Source: Kudoa neothunni (taxonomy: Eukaryota; Animalia; Cnidaria). Taken from it: a stretch of 64,000 nucleotides of DNA. The DNA is taken from contig OZ199839.1 of assembly GCA_964304625.1 (NCBI GenBank), positions 7,649,166-7,713,165 of the forward strand, read 5' to 3'. Numbering within the stretch: position 1 is the first letter of the stretch; every line of letters starts with the position of its first letter. The notes under the pieces were generated by a model. The model worked only from the letters and a program-made list of their open reading frames with translations, had not been told where the DNA came from and made no database searches. Below are positions 39,089 to 53,205 of this stretch, in pieces. The position numbers and the translations under genes are program-made.

Positions 39089-40493
39089 CCGTACGGCGAA
39101 GTTTCGCCGGAATCTGGCAAATGCACATGCACCGTAATTATTATAAAACACGTACTTAATTAACATATATAACTACTGTTTTACTGTAAACTATGAAATT
39201 TATAATTTTTCAATCTACTGAAGTTTCCAATTATATGTCCTCGCCAATGCTTCTAAATAAAATATGTCATAATATTTTTCATAATTTTGAATTATTGTTT
39301 TCAAATTTTCATATTTAATTTTATTGTCATATAATTCAGAGTTTGGGTTACAAATTCGGAATAAAATTTCCTGTTCTACAACACTCTGGTGTTCCTTCAG
39401 TTTTTGAATAAAAACGAGTATTCCAGAGTGGGATTGCTCGAAGCGTGAATAAAAATGACAATTAAAAATTTCCGCCGAATTTGAGGTGAGTTTAATATTG
39501 GTTAGGACTCGATCGTAAGCATTCCATTAACAGTTGTATGTTAGATTTCTGAAACTTTTTTGATTTTATTTTTAGTTTCTCCAACTCATAAAGAATGGAA
39601 TCAGAAGGGACAAATGCAAGAGATGTCAAGCATTTAACAAATAATTTGAAATCTTCGTCGGTTTCATACTCCTTCGAACAACCTAATTTTTGAACCTTAC
39701 GATATATAATACATTGTCCAAAGTGGAACAAACAAAAATGGACTGAATTCGACGAAAATTTTCTGTAATTTATCACTCATTAAAATATACACCAGTGGAA
39801 AAACTTTGTTAAAGACAGCCCCATGGATAGTGTACAATTGATAATATTCTTTTGGAACAACATTAAATGTGCCATCAGCCATCCAATAATCTGAATTCCT
39901 CAAATGGATTAAATTTTTTTCTGTTGTGAAAATAATAATTCGGTGCTTGTCTTCTGATCCTGAGTCATACAAACAGAAGGACTCATTTCTGTTTGTTTTT
40001 AATTCATTGTAGCAGTCGGAAGTTGGGATAGTTTTGATATTTTGTCGCCTACGAATATTTTGTATATTTTTGTAAATCGACTTTTTAGAGCATATAGGAA
40101 TATTATTTATATTCTCTTCAGTTGAAGCAACGGAATAAACTTTGCTGGTTGGATATACCGTATTTTCTTCTATGTTTCTTATTTTTTGTTCAAACATTTT
40201 CTTTTTCATATCCTCATCACCAATTATATGATTATGTATTCCAATTTCTGTAAGGGAATCAATGTCAACAGAGGGGGAAGTTCGCAATCTCCCTCTACAC
40301 TTCCCTATTTGGCATCTCCAGTATTTGTATGGATTTTTTTGGTAATCCTTCACGTAGAAATAATCTTTGTATAGGATCATGTCATTATTTTTTCTAGTTT
40401 TTAAAATTGTGAAAGTATTTTCAATATTTCCACTCATTTTTATGCGTACATAATGCACCCGCATAAAATATTCCGGCAAAATTTCGCCATACC
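39089..40493 (-). mobile_element. Mutator-like element with a FLYWCH + MULE transposase pseudogene (coding about 40437-39215)
   Basis: YWRC...C...HNH FLYWCH finger; WMADGTF, QLYTIHG, PLVYILM, CLFHFGQ, LAFVP and TSNSAEIF motifs. The second catalytic Asp region is deleted. TIRs GTA(C/T)GGCGAA.TTT.GCCGGAAT. No TSD found. Confidence 0.85.
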
Positions 40494-40613
40494 ATTTCAT
40501 CATTTGATAAATTTAAAGATACGGAAAAGTTGCCTCAAAATTTTGATTATTGGTCAATTAATTTATTCATTTGTAGCATTACGCAGATTTTCACATTTAA
40601 ATATCAGATTGTT

Positions 40614-40940
40614 TCAAGATTCAACTGGAGCATAGCCAATGATATCCTTATGATTTTTAATCAAATTATCTCCCTTAATTACTAAGTCATCATATATCAA
40701 ATCAAAAATCCGTGGTGTAAAATTCTCGTTTGTTCCTACTAATTTTGATAAATCATTCAACTCAATAAGAGCATCAATTGAAAAATTTAATGATAAATTA
40801 AGCACATTGAGGCTATCAGGTTGTATCTCCAAAAATTCGTTAAGTCCTTTGCAATATTTATAGACCGGTGAATCCTCAATGGCTTCGAAATCGTTCCGTT
40901 CCATCAAGTAATTAACCAACTCACGTCGGTTCCTTCCCAT
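40614..40940 (-). CDS. Orphan ORF of unknown function next to the MULE
   Basis: 108 sense codons from an aaaATG (MGRNRRELVNY...), with protein-like composition in AT-rich surroundings. No recognisable motif. Confidence 0.35.
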   Translation of the reverse strand: MGRNRRELVNYLMERNDFEAIEDSPVYKYCKGLNEFLEIQPDSLNVLNLSLNFSIDALIELNDLSKLVGTNENFTPRIFDLIYDDLVIKGDNLIKNHKDIIGYAPVES

Positions 40941-42627
40941 TTTAAAATGTTCCTTTTCGATTAAAAAATGTAAAAACCGACCATTTTCCTCCAATTTGAC
41001 GGTTTAAATCGATTTTAATCTAAAATTGCATGCCTTTTTTATAAATTATTTAATTCTATCATTTTTAACATTATATACTTTTTAAAATCATTTGAAATAT
41101 GAGCGAACATTTTACTATGTAAAATGAATTATGTATATACAAATTAAATAATAAGACGAACTTTGTTCTAATTTTTTTAAGGTAAAAACATGAAAACTTT
41201 TTTTTTCATATGGCGCTAAAAGTAAATAAGATATAAAATAACATTTATAATTCCATAGAACTAACTATTTTCTAAATTTTATCCCCAGGAAAAAGGATAT
41301 AAATATTTCTTCGAAAAGTATGGTTTAAATAAAAATTACTTTTAGCTATTCTAATCTAAAAATAAGTTGTAGTACTCATTCCGAAAAATAAATACACTCA
41401 CATTTTGACTACGTACTATCAGTTACCTAATATATAAATGGATGGAACATTTTCGAACATGTTCAAAAAAATGAATTCCATATGAACTTAAAGCTTCTAT
41501 AGTTATTATTAAGCGGTCGAAATAAACCTCCTCGTTTGTGTATCTGTTACGCCATGTATAAGTGTGAATTTTCTAGATTTTAAACTATATTTTTGACTAT
41601 TTAATAAGAAATTTATATTATTAGAATAAAAATATATTCAGTTTGTACCAAATTGTATAATCGTTAACACATTTGATGTAATGGCGTGGCGTTTACAACA
41701 CAACATTAAATCTTTATTTTCCGCTCATACAGTCGTCTTTTAGAGAAATTATTTTAATTTTGGTTTTGTTACGACAACATAATCTTTGTTTGGAGGAATA
41801 ATCAATTTATAAAATATGGTATCTGAATGGACTAAATCAAACTTTTAACACTCAAATTCTATAATTTAGCTGAGATTTTGTATTTCTAAACAATAAAAAT
41901 TAATCTATGATAACACAAACTCAAGAAATAAAACAAAAAGTTTAACTATGTAAAAATAGGTATTTACCAAAGATGTAGTCACGAATGACCCCGCATTTTC
42001 GGGGGAGGGTTAAATGGTTCAGAAGACGCACTGATCCATTGGATAATTACAAAATTATGCTTAATTAAATTATATTATTTGTAACTTAAACATTATTTAA
42101 ATAACTAAAAATCTTTCGTAGATATCTAATAAATTTAAGGGATAAAAAAATGTTATACTTTAAACTTTAATGAATCACACCTTATAAGTTGAATGATTGA
42201 TTAAAATATTTTATTCTCCGTGATCTTATATTATTCAGCATCTAATTTTATATTTTATAATTAGTATATTTTAAAAATAAATTATGTGTAAAGGAATATT
42301 TTGCAATTTTAGACTTATGAAAAACGATCCAGAAACCCGAATATGTAAGCATATGTAAACAAACATATGTAAACATAAACGTTCACAAATTCCCATACCC
42401 CACCCGCAACGTTGTTTAAAGGGTCAATAATTTTATCAGAAAAAATCACATCAAGAAAACAAAAGTTTAAGAACATAAAATTTAAACATAACGCGATTTA
42501 AATTTTTTATTGAACTAATTATAAAAATATTAATTGTAAAGCATATTAGATTCGAAAATTCCTAGTTTAACGAAACTAAATGACAGTTTTTGTAAATCTA
42601 CTTCTATATACGTTAGTTTGTAGTGAG

Positions 42628-44354
42628 TTAGTTTTTAAAATCAGAACGATGTATCCTGAGACGAAAGGTATATGCCAAAAGCCTCCATTTGTTGTAGTAA
42701 CTTTTAAGAATTTCATAAGATGCCATTTGAGTGGTATTTATGAAGAAATAGGACATAAGAGCTAAACTTATAAAGTTCGACACCGCCAGAATATATATAA
42801 ATTTCATCTGTAAATTATTCTAAATTAATAGAATAAAAATTTTGTATGGCTAAGAAAAATACGTATATTAGGGGGTAGACAGCAAACATCAATGCTTTAC
42901 CGGCCCAAGAAGCTGAAATAGTCAAACCTTGGGCAAAAGATAGCGTATGATAGGGAAAAACTTCACTACATATGAACCAATGCAAGGGACCTATAATAGG
43001 TTAGTATCATATCAAATAATGTTAATTTACCTGGCCCAATCTGAAAGAAAAAAGCAAAAAACGAAAAAGTTATGAGTTGACATAATGAAGAAGCTTGGAA
43101 AACGTAAAAGAGGCTACTTAGACACATAGCACAGGTCATCAATCCAAATCCAATCAAAAGGAGCATTTTGCGATTAAATTTTCCCGTGGTATATATCTTA
43201 AAAATGTATAATAATAAGGATTATTTTGACTTTAAGGTATAAATCGTACAAATATTATCGACCCTAGAAGTACTATCGAGAGATGAGTCAAATAATAGTA
43301 ATCATTGTCCATTGGAATGTCATATAGATCATAGTAGCTTCGGATAAATGAGACTGATATATCGATTCCACTGATTTGGCCGCAAAAATTAAATATACAT
43401 ATTGACATTAACGAGGATAGATATTTAATATTGCGTAAATAGTTCATAAGAGTGGTTTTTTTTAATTCATGATTTCCGTGATAATCCATGACAATATCTT
43501 GTACTTCACGTTTTGTAATACTTTCTGAGTGAATCTCTGAAAGTTTTGTTTCTAGAAGACGTTGATCTTGCGTTTTGTAATAGATAAATTTTGGACTCTC
43601 TGGAATGCAAAGATATATGAGAGAGACTACAATCGATAATGCGGACCCAAAAATATGGATCAGATATAAATTTGGAGCATTCAGCTGTTTCATAGTGAAT
43701 ACTGCCCCAATTAACAATCCAAAATTTATAGACACTTGAATTAATGGATTGCAATAACGAGCTTTTCTTCGCGGAATCATATCAAATAGCCAAACTAGCG
43801 AGCTAATCATCAATCCAGCTACACCGATTCCTTGAGCAAATCGAAATGCATATTTGAAATAGAATGAACTTGGCATATTTATGCTATGTACCGCACCAAA
43901 AATTGCTAATATTTGTAGAAACGCCATTGTGGTATATTTTCTACAACATAATCATGTAAGTTATAGACTTTACAATTATAACCACCAGGTGGATACCTTC
44001 CACAGCTCATTACGATAGTCGAACTAAGCATCGACCCAATCATGCCACCCAATGGGAATAGGCAATTAAAAAATGTGTAGTTTGTTAGATTCTCCTTATT
44101 CACTCGGTTTCTATTTGGATTGCTTGAACTTTCGTCATTGTTAGATTTTTCCACCTATATAAACTGTTGAATAGACTTTATTGAAAGAATAATTATTACA
44201 CCGGCTTTATTAAATGAAACTATCATTATTCCAAGAAGCATGGGTGCAATCAGCAAAAAAAAGTGAAGCTTATTATATTTATTCATTTTAAATCTAAATA
44301 CAAAAGTTCAGTGGTCGCTCATTAAAAAATTCATATTAATTACTTGAAAACCAT
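42628..44354 (-). CDS. Divergent GLUT/SLC2A-like MFS sugar porter, 7 exons
   Basis: Six 40-56-nt introns (the first at 44343-44294) join the frame. Motifs FPLGGMIGS, CGRK, RFAQGIG, PESPKF, QISGID and FQIGPGPLHWFICSEVFP. Confidence 0.88.
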
Positions 44355-45170
44355 GTTTTCTTTATTTTTGATCACCAAACTTGATTAAAATGTATAATGT
44401 AAACGCTGTGTTTAAAAAAGGTTGCTTAATCTTAAGATCTTAAACTTGTTAGATAATGTAGTCTATGTTAATCGTTTGAAATATTGATTTTTCATTAAAT
44501 TCGTTATTGCCTACAATAATTTCCGAAGGTGTATTAGTGATAATCTATGATTAAACAATTTGTCTCATTATAAATTTTCGAGATTTTTTCTGATTCTCCC
44601 CATATAACCTTCCTATACTAATCAGGGGTTAAGACACAAAGGAATACCGCATGTGTGTGCTAATAACTCAATACCGAGAACATAGCAACGCCTTTTATGT
44701 TTTGAATGGAATAACCTTGTCCTCACATTTTTAGTTGTGTTCGAAGTAACTTTTTTCTAATTATTATGTCCTTTAACTAAAATTCGACTTTTCAATAAAT
44801 TAGGATGTTTCAGATCAATTAAAGATTAACAACTAAACAGATTTGTGATAAAAAACATTATTTTTACATATAAAATTTTCTCAAAACATTAATATTTAAT
44901 AGATGTGGTAGTGGTACTTTAACAAATACGTTTTAGGAGAACCAAGTTAATTAATTAATCCATTTTAGGTAATCGTTAACTTAGTGGAAATGAATGGGAA
45001 ATGTTAAATATTGTCTTTTAAGTCATTTACTCATTGTTGGTTCGAAGGGTATAAAATGTATTGATTTTAACGTTATATCTACATTTTGTTTAACAACCTT
45101 GCAAAATAATTTTATCGAAATATTTAGTACATTGCCGGTCATCAGATGTTTTTAAGCAGCATTATACAAA

Positions 45171-46172
45171 ACTAACACGAACGCGCAGATTCGCACGGGA
45201 TTGAGAAAATTTCATCATAGAAGAATACGGTCAAAAAATAAAGAAATATAAGACTCTTTTTATTAGCCCCGAGGGGAGATTTAATAAATCTTTATATATA
45301 TATTACTTTTAACGACTGTATTGGGCATAGTAAAAAATTGGGATCATTTTAGAGAGATAATCAAAGTAGCAAAACCTGAGTAACTCGGTGATAACTTACG
45401 ATAATTAATTTTTGTTGCTCAAACTAATGTCTTTATCCGACGCATTATTATACACTCTCTCCTCAAAATTGTTTTGTAGCCTCTTAATATAAGCAAAGAT
45501 ATGTTAAATAATTAGATAAAGTATGACTTCAACCAATAGATTAACTCTTATCGTTTAAAATTAAGTGTAACGGTCGCTATAATATAATTCGGGGACCTAG
45601 TTTCAATATGTAAAGATTGAATCCATCTGATTACAACATACGCTTCCAATTCTTAATTAATTTAGAAAATTTGCATATTTTTTTTATAGTAAATTCCACC
45701 TGTAGAACTTTTAAAGTGCACTTATCAAGCCAAATATATTAAGGTTCCAAAAATAAGGAGTGTATTTAAGCACACATCCAAATGGACACATCTACTTTAA
45801 ATGCACAGATAAATAAACGATATAAGATGTATCTTAAAATCGTGGAATGATAGCTTAAGTTTGAATCACTAAAAACATTCGAAATGACTTGCAGAAGTTC
45901 AATGTACATAAGTGTCGCCATGAATAAACAAATATAGTCCAATTATTGAAGCCACGTAACCCGTTTAATAAACCTAACACTGAGGACAACACAATTTTCT
46001 ATATTATTTTTGAACCTATATCTGTGCGACAACAAATAAGAGAATTTTTTAATTATCATAAACTATTAGTAATTACATAAATATCTATCTATAAGGAAAA
46101 AATTTTGCCGCAAATGCGTCTTTAAGGGCACAAACACCGACACTACTACTTTATATATGTATACATAAAGGA
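45171..46172 (-). mobile_element. Degenerate Helitron
   Basis: Family 5' end at about 46172. 3' hairpin cccgtgcgaatctgcgcg followed by gttagt. Remnant GLYLFIHGDTYV resembles the Pif1 helicase FSHGQLYV motif. Confidence 0.65.
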
Positions 46173-46418
46173 TTCGAAAACTTTCATAAACATGGAAAAA
46201 AGATTTTCATATCAATCTTAAGAGATTATAAGGTCTAGCTTACGTGACCCTTCTGTAATAACAAATTCTCACATATAATTGTCACTTTAAATCACCAATT
46301 TTGATCAAGGAGAAAATTTCAGTCTATTTCTAAATTTAATAATAAAAAATTTAAAAGAAATGTTCAAATTTTAATATTATCCTAAATTATAGGGATTAGT
46401 TGCTTAAACATTATAACC

Positions 46419-47160
46419 AATGTTGGCAACCAAAATCGGACATGCAGCCAAATTTTTCGGAACAAAGTTGGTAAAATCCAACATAATATTTAATTATACA
46501 TATTAATGTTAGGTAAATTTATAATTTAATTAGAAAATCGAAAGTTACGACAACATTTTATCGGTGTTGAATAATTCACGCATTCAAATAGAACCATCTA
46601 GTTTAGGGTCATTTTATTTCTTCTGATTGTTTAAATGATTCTAAAAGAAAAAAATATTTTTTCGGGAAACATCTAACTCACAGATAGTTAAAGTAGAGAT
46701 TTGTAATATTTTCCGATGGAATGAAAACTATTTGCGGATAAACAACGCTCCAAAATCCGATTGAATCTAGTCTCATGGTGTCATCACTTCTTGGATATTT
46801 AACTCATCCAACTTCATGTAATAAGAGATATTCTTATTCAGCATTTTGAGTTTTAAGTGGGATCTGTGACAACACATTGAATTTGAATAATGTTAATGAA
46901 TTAGGATCAAATATACAACTCATTTCTAGACAAAAAAGATTTATATGAACTTACGACTCCAACTTTCAATTCAGTCAACAAATTTTCCACATACCTCCAG
47001 GCTATAATTTTAATATCCGATTCTTCAATTAATTGAATAAATATTTAACAATAATCAATTCCATAAATATTCAGTTGTAAATTTATAAATTATATAACTC
47101 ATAAATATTTTTTAAAAGATTTATTGCTTTTATTTCAATCGATCGATCAACAAACTCCAT
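46419..47160 (-). mobile_element. Partial hAT element of the 21404 family
   Basis: caatgttggcaacc end. 46690-46765 aligns to 21668-21742. Confidence 0.55.
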
Positions 47161-47164
47161 TTAA

Positions 47165-49950
47165 CCCTCATCCACGCCGGGAAAAATTACGTTAGCACAC
47201 GGTGGGGATCAACATGACCCCCACCTCTTTTTGAAAAAGTTTGAATAGGTTTTCAATAGATTACCATGAGTCATATTAGAAGATAACTTAGTGTTGTGTA
47301 AAACGTATAAACTTTATAAATCAATGTCCAGTAGATATAAACAATAAACAACTTTAATTGTGATCGCGTTTCAATAAATTCCAAATTGGCGAAATACAAC
47401 CTTTTATTGAAATAAAAATATAAATTAAATCATAAATTTGGATAAAATTTAATTTGAACCCTATCTGTATAGGATTAGAAGTACTAAATATGATTCCTAG
47501 GGTTATTAGTATGAACTTTATTTTGTCCATTAGACCACTCACCTATTTCCATATGCGGATGAAGAAATATAATGGCAATATGTAGTCCCTTTTCAAATAA
47601 TATTTGATGCGAATACTGTTTAAATCAATTATATACACGCTCATTTATTCCACCTTTTCAATTGTTAAGTCACATAGCTCGCACAAAAAAATCAATATAA
47701 ATGCATTAATAAAATTTCTAAAAGTATATTTGTCTATAATAGAATTTAAACAATCAATACAAATGATACTTTCACCTTGATGACTTTTTTAAACCATTTT
47801 AAAGAAAAACTTACATTGAGTGATATTCTTACTTCTGTCATTACAGCAACAAATATGGCATCATACTCTAACTCTAATTTTAGTTTGAGATTTTCTCGGT
47901 CTCTTCAATGTGTGAGTTTTTTTCTCAACATCTCTTGGGGGTAAAAGCTCGTCCGTTAATAATTTGATAAACTCCTTTCTGGACCTATTTTTATGCATGT
48001 CGACGAATGCAGGATGCATTTCACAGTACAACAAATAATACTTGTAAGCAGCAATATCTAAATTTTTGAAATAAGTGTCATCGGCCATCTTCTAGTTTTT
48101 ATTTTTGAAGAGAAGTGTCGGACTACTTGGTCCAGTGTGTTCACACCTCTTTTGGTGTTATTATGATATGTAACAATTTCAGGTTTTTTACTCACATCAA
48201 TTGTTACATTTCTGTGAAGTGTAGACAAGAGGACAACCGATTTATTGTCTTTGGGATTATACTTTACAATGGTAACTTTCTCTTGGAATAAAAACTTCAC
48301 GTTTCCTCCTTTTCCCTTTTGTTCTGGAATTCCGCCGGTAAAAATTTTTTATTTTTGTTGACAATTTCAATTATAGTTAATCGTTGACTTAGTAAGAATT
48401 TTGCAAGGGATAGTGTAGTAAAAAAGTTGTTTGTTGTAATGTTTGTACCGGTTTAAAAACAGGCTCGCATACATTTTTGGCTACATTTTCGCTCTGATGA
48501 AACTATACTTGGCCATGACCTTTTCCAAGATATACCTTAGCATTAAATAAATACGCATTTCTATAATCTCATAATGCCCCTATTTTAATTCCATATTTTC
48601 CGGGCTTGCTTGGAATATAATACATTTTGAATCCACATCTGCTCTGGAATGTCCCAAGTTGCTCGTCCACTGTTAGTTGTTCCTTTCTGCGTGTTTGTCA
48701 AATCTTATGCTGAAAGATAATTCTTCAAAAAGGCGAATGGATATTGATTGTATGATCACCGGTTGGTCGTATTCGGGACTCCAAAATTCTCGAACGTCCA
48801 TATTTTTATTTTTCATTATCCTTATTAACAAATTTCAACCGATATATTTCATCAGGTCATCTTTTGTGTTTGGAGTTGACCTCTGTCGTTCTTTGTTTAT
48901 GTAGTTGTTGGTACAATCAACAATCCAATCGAGCATACGATGGTCGATAAAATTTTCAAACGACGTAAGTGGAATGTGAGATAGATGCAACACATTTTTC
49001 TTGAACCTTGCTTTAATTTTAAAAATGTTTTCAGCATCAGGTCGGTCGTCTTTGGATGCTTGTTGGTTTATCGAACTATTTTTCTCCATCCTTCGACATA
49101 AGTGTGTGACCAGCTTCGACGTTAAAATTGTTTTCATCATTAGATTCAGAGTCTGAATAATCATTTGAGGGGTCATGAATCACGCAGTCACTAAATTCTG
49201 AACCAGTTTCCTCAAAATTTACGATTTTTCCAGACGATTCGGAATCCATTGTACCATTCGCACAACCTCTAGAAGTAGTATCTTCCTATTATTCCAACAC
49301 TAATTTTAAGATTTTTAATAAATTTCTAAAATATTGAATTAACTGTTATTTTATTGTAAATCCATCCATTTAAAAAAATATTTATAGTCGTTGAATAGAA
49401 GATTGAGATGAGAATTTTTGGTGCAGGGGTTTAAAAATGACATAAAAATCGAGGAGTGTGAGTTATTGACAGTGTGAATAATTGCTCAAACCAATCGAAT
49501 ACCAGTTAATATTTGAGTATGGATAATAAATTAACGATATTTTTCTCCATCTCCATCTGCAGATGGAAATAATTTAATGATCCAACGTCAAAAATAAAGC
49601 TCATAATGGTTGTTTAAATAATTTTATTATATATATCCAATAACCTTTTGATAAAGTTCAAATTATGGTTTATCTCAATAGAGGACTTTGTTAATGTTTT
49701 AATTTGAATAAAGTGTTTTTTCACAAATTTGGAATATGTTGTGTCTCCTATATGATTAACGATTAACAATGTAATTTGTTCGTATCTACTAAACGCCAAT
49801 TTATTAAATTTATACATTTTATACAACAATAAACTAACCTACAATACACTGTATAGTCTTCTATTAAAAAACTATTCAGAGATTTTAATAAAAGGGTGGG
49901 GGTCATTTTGACCCCACCGTGTGGCAACGTAATTTTTAATGTAGCGTGAT
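47165..49950 (-). mobile_element. piggyBac (PGBD4-like) element with a decayed transposase
   Basis: TTAA-CCCT left end. About 43-bp subterminal inverted repeats (aaaaattacgtt..cacacggtgggg..tca..atgacccccacc). Motifs KSVVLLSTLH, KPEIVTYHNNTKRGVNTLDQ and KTRRWP. Right terminal bases are lost. Confidence 0.85.
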
Positions 49951-50838
49951 TTTAGATGCATATAAAAATTTTACATATAAAATTTTGGATAATAGCTAAA
50001 ATTATAATAATTCTAATTTTAATTAGAAATAAAAATAAATTGTTTTCGTAAAACGTGCATTGAGAAAAACGTGGGTTAAAAATGCGTGTGTTTCCTCAGT
50101 GAGCTTTACAGCAGTGGATAAAGCCAAATAAAATTTTATATTATTTTTTTTAAATATGAATAATAAAATGTAGAAAACCCGAGAATGCTTCTTCAACAAC
50201 CTTCTCAAGCTAGTGACGTATACACGTAAACAGAATAATATAAATAATTATTCATTTTAATATTTGTTTATCACTATTTTTTAAATTTAAGTCAATTACA
50301 TTAATTTAAACGCGAATAGATTTTTTTTAAAATATAGATAAAATATTAAATAATCATTATTTAAAATATAATATACTAAGTATGGACAGTAAATAAGTTC
50401 ACTCTATGTCTACGATTAATCCAATTAACATTTTAACTAAATTTGTTAAAAACCTATTAAATAACTTCATTGTGTTCTAACTATCTGCGTCTTTGAAATT
50501 TTTATTCAATAATCAAAAACTTCAAATTATAAAATTAAAGATTAACTACAAAACATAGAAAGGAAATAAAAAAATACATATCCTTCCTTAAAAAAGAATA
50601 CAACCAAATATTCATACGTTCTAATAATTTTATGAAGGGTTATAGTCCATTTTTTAAAGAAACACTCCCGGGGAAAAATTATAGTTTTGCTTTTTTAACA
50701 CAATTTGCCGGATTTAAAATAAGTGTATCCAATTCTTCTGAAAAAAATTACGATTCAACCATGCTGTAAATAAAACATATGACTAATATTAAACAACAAT
50801 ATATATTGTATCAAGGTTAAAATAAAATTTATATATTA

Positions 50839-51916
50839 TTAATTGAGTTCGACTTCCTGTCGACTCATTATTTGGGAGGATACAACTTTCTCTGGTGTGT
50901 AAACATCATAAAAATAGGATACGCTTCCCAGAATCAAACTTATAATGTTGAAATGTTGGAACCACGCTACACACTTTTTGAGAGGCTATAACCTTAGCGT
51001 GAATTTATCAGAATGAAGTTATCCATGTTACCAGGTATTTTATATTTTTTTTATCATTATAATAGTTTGTAGAAAATTTGTAGATCAACACTAAAAATAA
51101 TCAAACCAATTAAGCCTATTGTAAATATCTCATAGAGATGGAAACTTACAGATGATTTGTAAGAACAAAAATAAAGATGAGAATGAAGCCATAACAGATC
51201 TAAAAATGAACAATGTCTTTTGAGAATCTTTATTTTGGTAGCCCATATGATAGCAATATCTTGCGAAGAACGCGTTGTACCACAAATAAAAGGTGGAAAC
51301 CACGAAAAAAGAAAATGCACACAGATGATGCATATATCTAGAGTAGGAAGTCTACAAGAAATTGATTGGTGGGAGCAATAAATTTTATTTGTTTTACGGG
51401 AAAAAGAAAAGTCCATGGTAAGTAGAATGACGTGAATACAACAATGCATAGGATTACTTTGTTGGTAGGTTTTCTATAGTTAAACAGTGCCATTAGCTTA
51501 TATCTATTTACATATACATATATATCTAGAAAACATAACGAACTCTTATAGCAGCTGTATATTGTAAATAGTTTACTTGATAGGAATGGAAACAGAAGCA
51601 TAGCCTGAAATATTGGTCCGCCTGGTCGATCCTTTGCATAATTGCTAATGGCAGTGATAACATATTAGGTTCATGGTTATAAAAACTCCTATAATGCCAA
51701 TACCTCACTGGTTGTGGAGCATAGAGATAATCCACTTTGATAGTGTTTACAATGACTCTAATTGTTAAACTTTTAAACCAGAGATCTCATTAAACCTTTC
51801 ATTTACACTACGATCAGAGACAACAAGAAGGCAAACGGTGCAAAAATTGCATGAAACTGAGGAATCTCATCCATCAAAACGGCGACAGCTTTGTCAAGCA
51901 GTGAACCAGTATTCAT
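50839..51916 (-). CDS. Frag1/DRAM/TMEM150-family multi-pass membrane protein, 7 exons
   Basis: Six small introns join the frame. PVSNYAKDRPGGPIFQAML resembles PYISDTG..PE..IF..ML; also YVNRYK, MHHLCAFSFF, FIFRSVM and AWFQHF..SYFYDV. About six hydrophobic segments. Confidence 0.65.
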
Positions 51917-52720
51917 AATTCTATGTTATATTGTTATAGATAAGAATAATATACGTGAATAAACTTGGTAATCCACTATAACGAAGATGGAGAAAATTTA
52001 TTTCGATCTAAAGGTTATTGATTTTAGTACACTATTAATCTACGCAACTGATGACGATAGATAATCTTTTGTTAAAAGGTACTCAAGGATATATTAATTA
52101 ATCAATTATTTGTTTAAGATAAAGAAAATTATTTGTTTGTTTAATGTATCAATCAGTACGCTATCTAATACCGTCCATTCACAGCAAATAGAAAATCTAT
52201 GTATATTCGACTAAAATCGACCTGCCGTGATCATCACTATTGCGAATTATTTGATTAATGATTGAACGTCAAATGACAATTGTAATGATGATTTATTGAA
52301 ATTACTTAATGTCAGCTTTTCTAAAGATCAACATAATAAAATGTTTTAATATATTATACGAAAGGAAGTGGCTATTCTTACGAGATCGTATAATACCATC
52401 TCGGAACGGTTTATTCTTACGACAACGGGTACCTTGTTTCCTACTTTAGATATTTAAAAACATGTAACTACATTTTTTTCCTAGAAAATTTTTAATTTTT
52501 ATAAATTAATGTTTTAATTATCTTAGTTTGTAAGTTTGGTAATGGTAAAGGAGACGGTTACTAAAATTCAACCGCTAAACTTCATTTTTTCCTCCGATTC
52601 CATCATGATATTCTTTTTACAATTCTAAATGTTGGGCAGGGTTATTCAATTCTTAAAAAATCTAATTATAAATTTTAAGAAATTTATAATTAGGACTGAT
52701 CCCCCAGTTGTGTTATTTAT

Positions 52721-53186
52721 GCCTGTAAACAGGCTAGCTCAGTGGTGTGATGACTACACTCAATACCCTGAGGTACTAGATTCGGTCCCTACCTCCGATA
52801 AATCTACTGTTTCCGTAGGGGTGTATCTATCCTGTAAGGAAAGCTGTAACTAGAGTTCAATTGTTAAATAAGTGTTCTCTTATCTTCAGTCATATTATGA
52901 TCTAACAAAAGAGGTTTAATTAGATGTTTGAAAGATGGGGGATGCATTATGGCAGGCGTGAAATATCTGTAGAGCCCAAATCCTTATGGATAGGGTTTTA
53001 GGGTGATGGTTACACCAGAATGAGGGCATTTAGAAGATTAAACTCCTACAATACCATCAAAAGATAAGGGGCAAGAAGTAGATGTTACTCGTCCTGTGGT
53101 ACCTATAGCGATAAAGGGGATGACCTAATCAGGCATAACTCTACAATCTAAAAAGTTACGCCAAGGATTTTACCCTATAAATCTTC
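52721..53186 (+). mobile_element. tRNA-headed SINE, copy 2
   Basis: A-box TAGCTCAGTGG and B-box-like GATTCGGTCCC. The 3' 200 bp align with copy 1 (ctacaatctaaaaagttacgccaaggattttaccctataaatc vs ttacaacctaataagttgctcaagggtttgaccttgtaaacc). Confidence 0.7.
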
Positions 53187-53205
53187 TAGTTAGGTTTAGT
53201 AAGTA

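Noticed and set aside
52731-52800. Possible tRNA gene
   Set aside because: No proper cloverleaf, and it continues into a body shared with 1401-1901, so it is a SINE head.
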